NCBI GenBank assembly: GCA_963744145.1
Contig: CAVUSO010000001.1
Coordinates: forward strand, 7,488,001-7,552,000
Length of the DNA stretch: 64,000 nucleotides
Origin: an uncultured cyanobacterium
Lineage (GTDB): Bacteria > Cyanobacteriota > Cyanobacteriia > Cyanobacteriales > CAWUOF01
Direction: 5' to 3'
Part shown: in pieces, positions 11,163-21,343 of the stretch
How positions within the stretch are numbered: the first letter of the stretch is position 1
Layout: each line of letters opens with the position of its first letter
Position numbers and translations under genes: made by a program
The notes under the pieces: generated by a model
What the model was told of the DNA's origin: nothing
Seen by the model: the letters and a program-made list of their open reading frames with translations, nothing else
Database searches by the model: none

Positions 11163-13907
11163 CTAGAGAAGAGAAAAGAGACAACCACTAGAGTCGGCAC
11201 CACCGGCCCACCACCCATCCCACAACACCCACACACACGGGAGGTGTCCCACCGGAGCCGATATCTTAAAAGTGAGGTCAGAGTAGCTCAACCAGCTTCC
11301 TCCTTTTCTCCAACCGACTTCATTTGCTAGTTTAACATAAGTATCGGAATCATAACTACAATCTAGCTTACCACCCAATTTGAGCCAGATTTTCTTCTGG
11401 ACTGAAAACCCAAATTTGTCATTAGAATGCTTTAACCACAACTGGTCAATGATCCGCAGTTCATTTTTCGGAAAATTACGACAATTATCTTTTGTTAACC
11501 ATTCCTCTTTTTCCCTGTTCATAATTTTTAACATGACTCGACCAGTTTCTTGATCTGCTTCTTTCCATTTTTTGTCTGATAACAATTGATCCAGTTTCCT
11601 CAAATCAGCTCTAGATGTAACTAAATTAACTTGGGGTGGTGGAGAAATTGGGGTAGGGATTTGAGGAGGTTCAACAACTATTTTTGCTTGTTCTTGACGA
11701 ATCCCGTCAATTTTATCGGCAACATCATCCCGCTTTTCAATTATGCTAGTAATCCCAAGACCGATCGCTTGATTATAATCTTGGACAGCCTGTTCATATT
11801 GTGCTAAAGCAGTATTAAGATCGTTTATACTTGAAGCACGGTTACCAAGCTGATTATAAGCATCTCCTCGATACCGAAAAGCCTCGGCATAATTAGGCTG
11901 AAGTTCTAGAGTGCAAGTAAAATCAGGAATAGCTTGATCTGGTTGTTTCAACTTCAGATAGGCTAAACCGCGCTGATAGTGACCCCGAATAGATTGAGCA
12001 TCTAGTTGAATAACTTGATCAAAATCTGTAATTGCTAGATTATATTGGGATGCTTGCATTCTCCTCATCCCTCGCTCAAAACAAGCATCAACTATACTAA
12101 AATGGTCTTCTCCTAAAGCTGTCAAACATTGATTCAGTTGATCCACATACCCCAGGTCAGCAGGAATAACTACAGATGCTATTACTGTTAATAACACTTT
12201 AGTTAATTCCACCTGATTGTTTAAGTTATCTTCCTTCAGTAAAACATCTTCAGGAATCAAGCTAGCATCGCGCAATTCTAGCCAAGATATAAGGGCGTAA
12301 TTAATTTGCCCTCTTGCCCAAAATTTATCATCTAAATGCGTTAAATTTAGGGCAAAATCTAAGGCTAAATTTGGCACCCGATAGGGATTAATCAACTTGA
12401 TAGTTTGATAGATACCGCGATAGATGAAAAAAATGATATTGATGATTTCATTTTTCAAATTAGTATCATCAATTTTTGCTAATAAATCTGGTAAAAGCGT
12501 CGGCAATAGCGGCATAACATCATAATGATAAAGATGATACTGATCTGCTGCTAAACCTGCTAAAATACAATGAACATTACCCAAAAATTCTGCTAATTCT
12601 TGGATATATTCATCTTCATTAACCCGATAATCACGCCGTCTATTTCTACCTTGTTGCTGATCTCTTTTTTCCGCTTCTAAAACCTTTAAATTTTCCTCAT
12701 CATCGCCCCCTTCTTCTGCGATTTCTTTAGGGGTTTTACCTTCATCCATTAGTTGAATTCTAGTTTCTCGCCAAAGACGGGCATTTTCTCGCGCTAATGG
12801 ATAAAGCAGATCTTTCCAGGGAATAGATAGGATTCTTTTGTAGCGATAGTGAATGTCCATACTATCCCAACTGGCGATATAGATATTAATAAAATCCCCA
12901 TCAACCTTCGATTCTAAAATTAGAGTAGGGATCGATTGATGAGTATAGTACAAATTTTCCATCGCTCCTTCAGAATGCAACCTTTTACTATCCCAAACTC
13001 CCCCTAAAAATTTAGTTGGTCTGATGCTACTTTCTACAGGATAATGATGAGAATCTTGCAAAAACTCACGCAATTTATCTGTTAATGCTGTTTCAATTTT
13101 AGCAAGCCCTTGTCCAGCATGAGAAAATTTCTCAAATTCAACTGCGGGAGGTGAAATAATCACTAATAAAGGTACTGGTTTACTAGCATCAAATTTTCTG
13201 TAAATATTGAGAGTGGGAACAGAATTAGAAATCAAGGGATGATTATTGAGAATGCGTTGATATTCCGCTGACATCATCATGTTTTGTAACTGAATAGATG
13301 CCTGAATAAACATCGTTTCGCGGTCATATTTTCTTAAATTCCATTCATGTTCCTGCCGCGCTTGTATTAATTGTTGTTCAAAATCTTGCCTTTGCTGCAA
13401 CCGGATATTTTCCCATTCTTGTCGGAATCTTTCGATTTTCTGTTGATTTTCGTGGCTCAAATTAGCCAATTGAATTGCTTCATCATGCTTGCGTCTTGCT
13501 TCTTCATAAGTAAATTGTTGATTGTCTTTTTGCAAATCATATTGATTTATCCATTGCACTTGTAATTCTTCCATTCTAAATTCTTGCCGCCGAGTTTCCA
13601 TGAGGGCGCTAAATTCGTGGCGGTCTTGCTGTAAATGCCAATCTGCTACTATTCTATTGTTAGTGTTTTGTCGGTTAGATTCGATAGTATCTAAAGTGTT
13701 TTTTCTGGAAACTAATCTTCCTGCTTCCATCTGAAAATTCGCATTAATCTGTTTGTCAGTATTGATAAGGTTAGCGGTAGCTGTGGCAGTTTGGGGCATA
13801 TAAAGCATCATTCCTGTAGCTATACCATTAGCTAAATCTTTTGCTCCATTCCAAATGTTACCAGCAACAGTTGTGATGCTATTCCAACAGTATTTCAGTA
13901 TGTTCAT
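11163..13907 (-). CDS. Coiled-coil / TPR / C-terminal GUN4-like domain protein
   Basis: N-terminal Q/E-rich coiled coil; TPRs (AITDFDQVIQLD, AIPDFTCTLELQP); GUN4 motifs WKEADQET, IDQLW...S.DKFGFSVQKKIW, VGW, AP.GHLP. Confidence 0.85.
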   Translation of the reverse strand: MNILKYCWNSITTVAGNIWNGAKDLANGIATGMMLYMPQTATATANLINTDKQINANFQMEAGRLVSRKNTLDTIESNRQNTNNRIVADWHLQQDRHEFSALMETRRQEFRMEELQVQWINQYDLQKDNQQFTYEEARRKHDEAIQLANLSHENQQKIERFRQEWENIRLQQRQDFEQQLIQARQEHEWNLRKYDRETMFIQASIQLQNMMMSAEYQRILNNHPLISNSVPTLNIYRKFDASKPVPLLVIISPPAVEFEKFSHAGQGLAKIETALTDKLREFLQDSHHYPVESSIRPTKFLGGVWDSKRLHSEGAMENLYYTHQSIPTLILESKVDGDFINIYIASWDSMDIHYRYKRILSIPWKDLLYPLARENARLWRETRIQLMDEGKTPKEIAEEGGDDEENLKVLEAEKRDQQQGRNRRRDYRVNEDEYIQELAEFLGNVHCILAGLAADQYHLYHYDVMPLLPTLLPDLLAKIDDTNLKNEIINIIFFIYRGIYQTIKLINPYRVPNLALDFALNLTHLDDKFWARGQINYALISWLELRDASLIPEDVLLKEDNLNNQVELTKVLLTVIASVVIPADLGYVDQLNQCLTALGEDHFSIVDACFERGMRRMQASQYNLAITDFDQVIQLDAQSIRGHYQRGLAYLKLKQPDQAIPDFTCTLELQPNYAEAFRYRGDAYNQLGNRASSINDLNTALAQYEQAVQDYNQAIGLGITSIIEKRDDVADKIDGIRQEQAKIVVEPPQIPTPISPPPQVNLVTSRADLRKLDQLLSDKKWKEADQETGRVMLKIMNREKEEWLTKDNCRNFPKNELRIIDQLWLKHSNDKFGFSVQKKIWLKLGGKLDCSYDSDTYVKLANEVGWRKGGSWLSYSDLTFKISAPVGHLPCVWVLWDGWWAGGADSSGCLFSLL

Positions 13908-14019
13908 GTTTGGGTTTCCTGCTAATTTATGATGTCTTTTATCAGATTGGGTTGAGTCTGCGTACCTTCCGGACTGCGTTTATGTAATCTTAGACTTTAG
14001 TAAAACAGATTAAAAATTC

Positions 14020-14137
14020 GGCGTTGCTGATTTACGGTATAAATAAATTTGTAGGGGCTTATGGCAATATAGAGGGCGTATGGCCATACGCCCCTACAGA
14101 ATTTTCCAATTATATCATACTCTGATTAAACAACGCC
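14020..14137. mobile_element. Small MITE-like element with imperfect terminal inverted repeats and an internal GTAG REP hairpin
   Basis: GGCGTTGCTGAT...ATTAAACAACGCC ends; internal GTAGGGG...GGCGTATGGCCATACGCCCCTAC; a related copy begins near 36377. Confidence 0.55.
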
Positions 14138-15766
14138 CTAAATTCCTTTTACCTCTGGAGCAGATGAAACCTTATACACCAAAGAAGCTGACATTTGAGA
14201 GTAAGGCTCAAGGTGAAAATTCCAAGTACAAAAACCATTTTCATCAGGCATTATGCCATCAGTCGTTTCCTTTGCAATTACCTCAATTTTAACTTGTTCC
14301 AACTCAGAAATAGGCACCCGTTCAGTAGTTTTAATTACTCTCGATTCTGCTCCAATATTAGACAGGAATAACTTAATTGTCTTAGTGACTAAATTCCATT
14401 TGGTCAGATGATCCTGTTCCTCTTTCTGAGTCTGAGTTCTTTGCACTCGCATTGCTTCATCTGGTCCCCATCCTAAAGTAAATTTCTCTCCAGGAGCAAT
14501 AAATAGTACAGATGTTCGACCGACAAACCCAGATGTCCGTACTAAATCTACGGGTCCTGCTAAAATAGGTAATTTAGCTGTATTTGTCTGTTCGCTCTTG
14601 AGAACTACCTGCAAAGACATTTCTGGCATCCAAATATACTCAATATCTGCTTCTGAATCAAAGGAAAAGATGGGAACGCGATAAGGACGACCATCTGAAG
14701 GAATAGTTGCTTTTCTAGTCGGACGAAGATTACGAACTTCTCCCCCGTCATCAACACCAGGTAAAGTCACTGCTCTGGGATCTCTTGGCACAAAAGGCGC
14801 AAAAGGACTATCAACTGGTACTCCTCGTCCACTTATATTATTAACATCTTGTTCACGTAGTTCAATCTCTATTTTCTTAGATTTTTCTATTACATCTAAT
14901 TCTTCATCTGTCAATAGAGGTGGCTCAGTTCCTAGGGAAGCACGGGCAGTAGAAAATACTAAATCTACATCATGCCAATCTTCCCCTGTGCGTTGCCAAA
15001 CACAGCCATCCGTGCGAAAAGATAGAGTCGGTTTATCTCCTAGCAATAAACGCGCTTGGTGCCAAGGTCGCCAAATTGCATTGGGAACTACATAATCAAA
15101 AATAATTTCGTATTCCCCTGCTTGAGGAATCATTAAATCTGCCTCAATATTGGCAGTGTAGAGCATATCTGGACGGGATAAAGCTTGGGCTTTAGCAACT
15201 AAATTATTAATTTTTTCCTGTAAATCTTCCTGAGTGTGATGATTATTTAAAATTTCAGCACGTAAATCTCGCAACTGTTTAAATAGGGTGGATATTTGTT
15301 CTCGCCAAGTTTTAGGATCTATTTGTCCCCAAACCGCGTCTATGGGTAATTCTTGCAAACTTTTAGCTAAGATATTATTAATTTTATTAATACAGGATTC
15401 CAAGTGTTCACAGTCTTCAGTCAGATGATCAAAAGTTTTAGTAAGAGAATTTATTTCTTCTTCTAGAGCTTTAATTTCATCTGGTTTATCTGCTTCTTTA
15501 ATTAACATTTTACGGCGGACACGAACATCATCAATACGTGCATCAGGATAGTTTTGCGAGAATTCTGCCCGTAGAGATTTATCAGACAGAACTGGTGCAA
15601 CTTGCAATATTTTAATCCGCCAAAACCCTTGATTTAGTTGAGCTTTGCCAATTCGTCTTACTTGGGCACGGTCTTCGAGAAGTGTCACAATTGAAACAGG
15701 TGCATTGAGAGTTAATTCTTGGACGATCGCATTTGATGATTGAATTGATTGCATAAGTGATCTCAT
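14138..15766 (-). CDS. DUF4140/DUF4139 (MuiA-like) family protein
   Basis: APV..VTLLEDRAQVRR N-terminus; VWQRTGEDW..V.LVFSTAR; IPSDGRPYRV. Confidence 0.85.
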   Translation of the reverse strand: MRSLMQSIQSSNAIVQELTLNAPVSIVTLLEDRAQVRRIGKAQLNQGFWRIKILQVAPVLSDKSLRAEFSQNYPDARIDDVRVRRKMLIKEADKPDEIKALEEEINSLTKTFDHLTEDCEHLESCINKINNILAKSLQELPIDAVWGQIDPKTWREQISTLFKQLRDLRAEILNNHHTQEDLQEKINNLVAKAQALSRPDMLYTANIEADLMIPQAGEYEIIFDYVVPNAIWRPWHQARLLLGDKPTLSFRTDGCVWQRTGEDWHDVDLVFSTARASLGTEPPLLTDEELDVIEKSKKIEIELREQDVNNISGRGVPVDSPFAPFVPRDPRAVTLPGVDDGGEVRNLRPTRKATIPSDGRPYRVPIFSFDSEADIEYIWMPEMSLQVVLKSEQTNTAKLPILAGPVDLVRTSGFVGRTSVLFIAPGEKFTLGWGPDEAMRVQRTQTQKEEQDHLTKWNLVTKTIKLFLSNIGAESRVIKTTERVPISELEQVKIEVIAKETTDGIMPDENGFCTWNFHLEPYSQMSASLVYKVSSAPEVKGI

Positions 15767-15830
15767 TAGTTAATTCTTGCACAAGGTTCATTTATAATTG
15801 AATTGATTAAAAACAAAATTAGTAACTGAA

Positions 15831-17993
15831 TTACTCCCTCCGATTTCCTCCAATTACTTCATGATCAACAAAAGTTTTAATCTTATAATCAACTGACAAG
15901 CTTTTTTGTTCTTTAGCAGCTATTTCCAAATGCCAAAGATAACCACCTTTAATTGGTGTCTCACGTTCTTGTTGCTGATATTGTTCCCAAGCTGGAGAGA
16001 CTTGCTCTATTTGTACTTCAACTTTAGCACCTTCTTTGGGAATAGGAAGACGTTCCCGCACTTCAATTTTAGCATTTCTAGAAAGATAATTTATAATTTC
16101 AATTTTGATCTGGTGACGAAATTCATTAAATGCTACAATTGTCTCGCTAGAACGTGCTTCGCTATAGGAAGTATTGCGAACTACTTTAATTGCTTGTTCA
16201 ACTCCTAATCCTAATTCCATCTGTCCTTGAGACGGAACTGTGACAATATTAGTAGACAAAATATATTCACCATCAATATATACATCAGCCGGACCACTTA
16301 ACAATGGTGCTGTGAGAGGATTGCGAAGTTGAGCAATTCGGAAAACATTGGTATCTTCGCGAGGAACTACCACATAGCGCACATCGACATCAGTAGTTTT
16401 GCTAGTTAGTGCAACAGAATGAAATTGACCATCTGAAGGAATATCAATCCTACCATCAGCATTATAGAAATAGTCAAAAGAACCAGAAGCTTCTTCTACT
16501 TCAATTCCACCTGGAGGAAGTGGTAATGAATAACATTCTCTTGCGTTGGATTGAGCTTGTTTCACTACTCTCCAGATATCAAAATTCACCACAACTTGTT
16601 GCTGTTTAAGGGGTTTTAAGTAAGCTTCTCCTTGTGATTCGATCGATAATTTACCGCGTTTAATGACATCATCATATGCTCCAATCCTCATGATACCGTA
16701 GGTAAACCAATTATTTACTAAATCACTATTTGAAAAAATTTTATTTAGTCTACCAGAAGATAAAGAAGAGAATCTCTGCATATCATAAGATTCAGCATGA
16801 ATTTTTTCTATATTTTGGGATGTTTTCCGTTTTTTCTGTGCTTCTTTTCGTGACATCGGCTTCTCCAAATCTTCCCAGTCACTATCGTCCGAAAATTTTA
16901 GAAAATCATCTTGGTTTTCTTGAGGTTTTTCTAGGAAAGATTCTAATTCATCAAACAGTCTAATTTCCTGAGCTTTTTTTTGATAGTTTTGAACTTTTTC
17001 TTCTTTCTTTATGCTTATATAGGGAATGGAAACAGTAGCAGTAGCACTTTCTTTTTGTCTATCAAAATCCTCAAATAAAATCTCCGCCCCCACAGGTGGT
17101 TTACGCCAACCAACTTTTCTGATTTCCTGTTGCGCTTTTCCTAATCGCAAAGATGGTAATTCTGGTATTCCACACCAACGGTTCGGTTTAGCTGTACAGA
17201 GTTCTAATCTGACACTCGACCAATCTTCTCCGGTTCGCTGACAAATTAATGCTCTGACTGCTATTGTGGCTTGATTTTCAGCACTATTCAACCGACAAAC
17301 ATAGGTTGGTATCCACCTTGCACCTGGGACAAAATATTCAATAAATAATTGAATTGTTTGATTTAGATCAGGGGATTCATTTTCATAACTTAAACTAACA
17401 GTTACTGTTTTTCGTAATTCTTCTGGTTTGGCATTTCTCGCAGTCGAAGCGATCGCTTTTTGCTGTTCTAAATCATCTAAATTTTCTTCCGCTTTAGCTA
17501 GCTTTTCTAAATTCTCCCGCTTTTCCTGAATTCTGAGGCGAATTTGTTCATCACTAAAATTAGCTAATGCTAATCTAGCACCCAGGGGTGAAGGAGGTGG
17601 TGCGACACCAATATCGCTGTCTGGACGGGCGGGTACTTCTAATTGATTTAGTACATCAATCTCATGATCAATTAAATCGATAATATCTTCAATTTTTGCT
17701 ACTTCAATCTCCGCTCTACGCAATTCTTCATCAGGAGAATAGTTGGGTGTTTCTCCTACTGGAGGAACCGCTAAACCAATGCGAATATCACTAGCAATAG
17801 GTGCATTTCCTTGCTCACTTTCTACTCTGACTCTGACACTGTTATCATCTAGAGCTAAAGGTAATTCACCTATTTCTACTTGGGTTGGTAATTCTGCTGT
17901 GGTAAGATTTAGTTGAGCAATTCGGGTAATGGTTGCACCAGAAGCATAGATTTTGACCTTATCTATGCGGGAAGGAAGTTTTTGAGTTACCAT
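15831..17993 (-). CDS. DUF4140/DUF4139 (MuiA-like) family protein
   Basis: SRIDKVKIYASGATITR; ICQRTGEDW; IPSDGQFHSV; C-terminal GGNRRE typical of this paired subfamily. Confidence 0.85.
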   Translation of the reverse strand: MVTQKLPSRIDKVKIYASGATITRIAQLNLTTAELPTQVEIGELPLALDDNSVRVRVESEQGNAPIASDIRIGLAVPPVGETPNYSPDEELRRAEIEVAKIEDIIDLIDHEIDVLNQLEVPARPDSDIGVAPPPSPLGARLALANFSDEQIRLRIQEKRENLEKLAKAEENLDDLEQQKAIASTARNAKPEELRKTVTVSLSYENESPDLNQTIQLFIEYFVPGARWIPTYVCRLNSAENQATIAVRALICQRTGEDWSSVRLELCTAKPNRWCGIPELPSLRLGKAQQEIRKVGWRKPPVGAEILFEDFDRQKESATATVSIPYISIKKEEKVQNYQKKAQEIRLFDELESFLEKPQENQDDFLKFSDDSDWEDLEKPMSRKEAQKKRKTSQNIEKIHAESYDMQRFSSLSSGRLNKIFSNSDLVNNWFTYGIMRIGAYDDVIKRGKLSIESQGEAYLKPLKQQQVVVNFDIWRVVKQAQSNARECYSLPLPPGGIEVEEASGSFDYFYNADGRIDIPSDGQFHSVALTSKTTDVDVRYVVVPREDTNVFRIAQLRNPLTAPLLSGPADVYIDGEYILSTNIVTVPSQGQMELGLGVEQAIKVVRNTSYSEARSSETIVAFNEFRHQIKIEIINYLSRNAKIEVRERLPIPKEGAKVEVQIEQVSPAWEQYQQQERETPIKGGYLWHLEIAAKEQKSLSVDYKIKTFVDHEVIGGNRRE

Positions 17994-18013
17994 GATTTGA
18001 TCAGTTCAGTGAT

Positions 18014-19105
18014 TTATTTGCGTTCTGGATGTGCTGCGGCTGGTGTTTCCGCGCCCATCTGATTAATGGTGGCAATGAGTTGGTAAAAACGTCCTAAATC
18101 TCGTTGATTAAAATATAAAACTAATCGGGGTAGTTTGACTGTTTCATCTCCTGCTTCTTGAGGTAGGGCATGGCTTTTTTCAATCCGTCCTTTAACTAAA
18201 ATATCACTAAAATTTTGATTTAATGTTTCTAGATCAGGGTCAGAAAGCTCTGATTGCAGACGAATCACCAGCAAATTTTCCACATAGCGACTCGAATGAT
18301 AAACTCGATAAAATCTTCTAATTACTTCGCAAGCGACATCTAAGTTATCGGTGACTGTATAGAGACTCGAATCCGAGGGACTGATTAAACCAGTTTTAAC
18401 CAGATGTTTTTCAATATAAGCATTCCAGTCTTGCCAATAGTCACCACCTGGTCGATCAATCATGACTAAGGGGACAGGACCAAATTTCCCAGTTTGACTG
18501 AGAGTCATGCACTCAAACGCTTCATCTTGGGTGCCAAAACCACCAGGAAACAGGGCGATCGCATCGCTTTCCCGTAGTAAAAAGAGTTTGCGAGTAAAGA
18601 AATATTTAAAATTAATTAGTTTTGGATCACCAGAAATAAAAGGATTAGATTCCTGTTCAAAGGGTAATTGGATATTTAACCCGAAGGAATTTTTGGCACC
18701 TGCACCTTCATTTCCAGCTTGCATAATTCCACCACCCCCACCAGTCATCACCATAAATCCTTGTTCGACTACTCGACGGGCAAAATCGACGGCAATCAGG
18801 TATTCTGGGGTATCTGGTTGTAAACGAGCAGAGCCAAAGATGGCAATTTTCCGAACATATCGGTATTGATAAAAGACTTGAAAACCCTGCTCCAGATCTT
18901 GGAGGGAGGCACTCAGAATTTTCCAATCTAAACGCTCAATTTCGGCATCAGCCAATCGAGCGATCGTGGCCAGAGAGCGGGCAATCCATTTGCTATGCTT
19001 TAGATGGGGTAGTTGTTCGATTAATTCATTAACAGCTACCGGGATTGGTTCAATCGGATCGAAGGAGGGGGGTAAACTCATGAGTGCTTCCGTCTTTGGC
19101 CGCAC
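18014..19105 (-). CDS. LOG family (TIGR00730-like Rossmann-fold) nucleotide phosphoribohydrolase
   Basis: IFGSAR, TGGGGGIM, YFFTRK, PGGFGTQDE motifs; the true start may be the ATG near 19082. Confidence 0.88.
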   Translation of the reverse strand: MRPKTEALMSLPPSFDPIEPIPVAVNELIEQLPHLKHSKWIARSLATIARLADAEIERLDWKILSASLQDLEQGFQVFYQYRYVRKIAIFGSARLQPDTPEYLIAVDFARRVVEQGFMVMTGGGGGIMQAGNEGAGAKNSFGLNIQLPFEQESNPFISGDPKLINFKYFFTRKLFLLRESDAIALFPGGFGTQDEAFECMTLSQTGKFGPVPLVMIDRPGGDYWQDWNAYIEKHLVKTGLISPSDSSLYTVTDNLDVACEVIRRFYRVYHSSRYVENLLVIRLQSELSDPDLETLNQNFSDILVKGRIEKSHALPQEAGDETVKLPRLVLYFNQRDLGRFYQLIATINQMGAETPAAAHPERK

Positions 19106-19167
19106 TCTGATTTTAGCGATAATCGGAGCGCGATCGATGAATAGAGTAACCTAAATTTTAAGTGATT

Positions 19168-19193
19168 AAAAAGCGCCTTGGATGTCAAGGCGC
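19168..19193 (-). terminator. Intrinsic terminator downstream of trxA
   Basis: Minus strand GCGCCTTG-ACATC-CAAGGCGC-TTTTT. Confidence 0.7.
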
Positions 19194-19285
19194 AATCTTC
19201 ACCCAGATTAATTTTCACTGTCCTGAATGCCGCTAATTAAAATCAATCGGATCAGGATGGAACCTGGGGGCAAAACCAGTAGCAC

Positions 19286-19394
19286 CTAGATTTACTTTCC
19301 TATAGTTGTGGCTAGGGTAGTTTTGGGGACAGTAGCAACAACCAGATCCACCCTTTGACCTCCTTTAAAGATCATCAGGGTGAGAATACTACGG
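19286..19394 (-). pseudogene. Degenerate duplicated 3' end of trxA
   Basis: Translates [34 protein letters not shown]; a diverged copy of trxA 19416-19524 offset by 130 nt. Confidence 0.85.
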
Positions 19395-19739
19395 GTGATG
19401 CTGATCGTGAGGATGATCGACATATTGTTGTATAGTTTTCCTTAGTGTAGTTTTGGGAACAGCACCAACAACCATATCCACTCTTTGACCTCCTTTAAAG
19501 ATCATCAGGGTGGGAATACTACGGATACCGTACTTAGTGGCCACATTGTGGTTTTCATCGGTATTAACTTTAACAACCTTGAGATGATCTTTGTATTCTT
19601 GTGCAATTTCTTCTACCACAGGTGCTACCATCCGGCACGGACCGCACCAAGGAGCCCAAAAATCAACTAATACAGGAATAGCGCTGTGAAGCACTGTTTT
19701 CTCAAATGTATCGTCTGTAACTGCTTCGGCTGATGACAT
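19389..19739 (-). CDS. trxA: Thioredoxin (m-type)
   Basis: WAPWCGPC active site; GIRSIPTL; guaB3-yfr1-trxA synteny. Confidence 0.95.
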   Translation of the reverse strand: MSSAEAVTDDTFEKTVLHSAIPVLVDFWAPWCGPCRMVAPVVEEIAQEYKDHLKVVKVNTDENHNVATKYGIRSIPTLMIFKGGQRVDMVVGAVPKTTLRKTIQQYVDHPHDQHHP

Positions 19740-19851
19740 ACCTGGAAATCCTTGCCTATTTTATCTCATGAGTATAGGGAAATTTTAACATAATTAAAAC
19801 CTGTATTAGTAGCTCTTTAGTTGATCTGTACTAGAGCTAAAAAACTAATTA

Positions 19852-19919
19852 AGAAACCGCCCGAACGTCAAATCGGGCGGAGTGTGGTGTGAGGAGTGAA
19901 CGGAAACATGCGTCTCCGC
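19852..19919 (-). ncRNA. yfr1: Yfr1 cyanobacterial small RNA
   Basis: Minus strand GCGGAGACGCATGTTTCCGT-TCACTCCTCACACCACACT-CCGCCCGA..TCGGGCGG-TTTCTT: two hairpins flanking the conserved ACUCCUCACAC motif, in the canonical guaB-trxA position. Confidence 0.93.
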
Positions 19920-20037
19920 TTTCTCTATTCTGACAGTTCATAGCTGATTTAGCTACAAAATTTTCCGATTATTCAGGACAATTTAAGAATTGAGAGAGCT
20001 GCTTTTGTCCTGCGGTTTTGAGGATAACTAGGTGTCT

Positions 20038-21201
20038 TTACTTACCCATCCCTAATTGTTGAGCTTTCTGATAAACTTTGCCTTCGGTTAATAATGATGG
20101 CGCAATTACGACTTCTACTTGTTGCATTTCTTTGATATTTTTAGCACCAAGAGTACCCATGCTAGTTTTCAAGGCTCCTAAAAGATTGTGAGTGCCATCA
20201 TCAAGTTGGGCAGGGCCACGCAAAATTTGTTCGACTGTGCCAGTGGTGCCAACTTTAATCCGAGTACCGCGAGGTAATACGGGACTAGGTGTGGCCATTC
20301 CCCAATGGTAACCCCGTCCGGGTGCTTCTTTGGCTCGGGCTAAGGGTGAACCAATCATGACCCCATCAGCCCCACAAGCGATCGCTTTACAAATATCACC
20401 ACCAGTAATTAAACCACCATCGGCGATAATCGGGATATATTTTTTGGTTTGATGGTAATATTCGTCACGAGCGGCGGCACAGTCGGCGATCGCTGTAGCT
20501 TGAGGAACTCCAATTCCTAAAACACCACGAGAAGTACAAGCCGCACCTGGACCAATGCCGATTAATACTCCCGCAGCTCCTGTTTGCATCAGGTTAAGTG
20601 CTACTTCGTAGGTGACGCAATTGCCCAAAATTACTGGCATGGGCATTTTTTGGCAAAATTCCCCTAAATCTAAAGGTGCTTGGGATGGACCAGGTAGATA
20701 GGTGGTGGAAACTACTGTGGCTTGAACAAAAAATAAATCGGCACCAGCTCCAGCGATGACCGAACTATATTTAATTGCGGCGGCTGGTGTCGCACTAACT
20801 GCGGCGATCGCACCAGCATTTTTGAGCTGTTGAATCCTTTTTTCTATTAGTTCTGTTTTAATTGGTTCTGCATAGAGTTGCTGCATTAATGCGACAAATT
20901 CGTTAGTGCCAACCGAAGTAATGCGTTCGAGAATCGGTTCGGGATCGGCATAACGGGTTTGAATTCCCTCTAGATTTAGTACACCGAGCGCCCCTAGCTT
21001 AGATAAAAGGGCTGCCATTGGTACATTGATTACTCCATCCATGGCACTAGCAATAATGGGAATTTCCCGTTCAATCCCACCAATTTGCCAGCGAGTGTCT
21101 GCCAAACTTGGATCAAGCGTCCGCTGGCCAGGGACTAGTGCGATTTCATCGATTCCATAAGCTCTACGAGCTGTTTTTCCCCGTCCAATTTGAATGTCCA
21201 C
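20038..21201 (-). CDS. guaB: GuaB3-family IMP dehydrogenase
   Basis: GIGPGAACTSR catalytic loop; IIADGG; MGTLGA; cyanobacterial GuaB3-type N-terminus. Confidence 0.92.
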   Translation of the reverse strand: MDIQIGRGKTARRAYGIDEIALVPGQRTLDPSLADTRWQIGGIEREIPIIASAMDGVINVPMAALLSKLGALGVLNLEGIQTRYADPEPILERITSVGTNEFVALMQQLYAEPIKTELIEKRIQQLKNAGAIAAVSATPAAAIKYSSVIAGAGADLFFVQATVVSTTYLPGPSQAPLDLGEFCQKMPMPVILGNCVTYEVALNLMQTGAAGVLIGIGPGAACTSRGVLGIGVPQATAIADCAAARDEYYHQTKKYIPIIADGGLITGGDICKAIACGADGVMIGSPLARAKEAPGRGYHWGMATPSPVLPRGTRIKVGTTGTVEQILRGPAQLDDGTHNLLGALKTSMGTLGAKNIKEMQQVEVVIAPSLLTEGKVYQKAQQLGMGK

Positions 21202-21343
21202 TCTTACTCGTTCCCAAAACTATTTAAGTAAGCGTATCAAATTATGCAGAAAAATTCCTCGATTCTTGGGTCTTTTGCTCTTTTTTAGCTCTGTTGATCT
21301 AGATAAAATTAAGATTAAACTAAAAACCCGAAATTTTTAATTT

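Noticed and set aside
19286..19524. DGR template/variable repeat pair at trxA
   Set aside because: Mismatches involve C, G and T as well as A, and there is no reverse transcriptase; a simple duplication explains it
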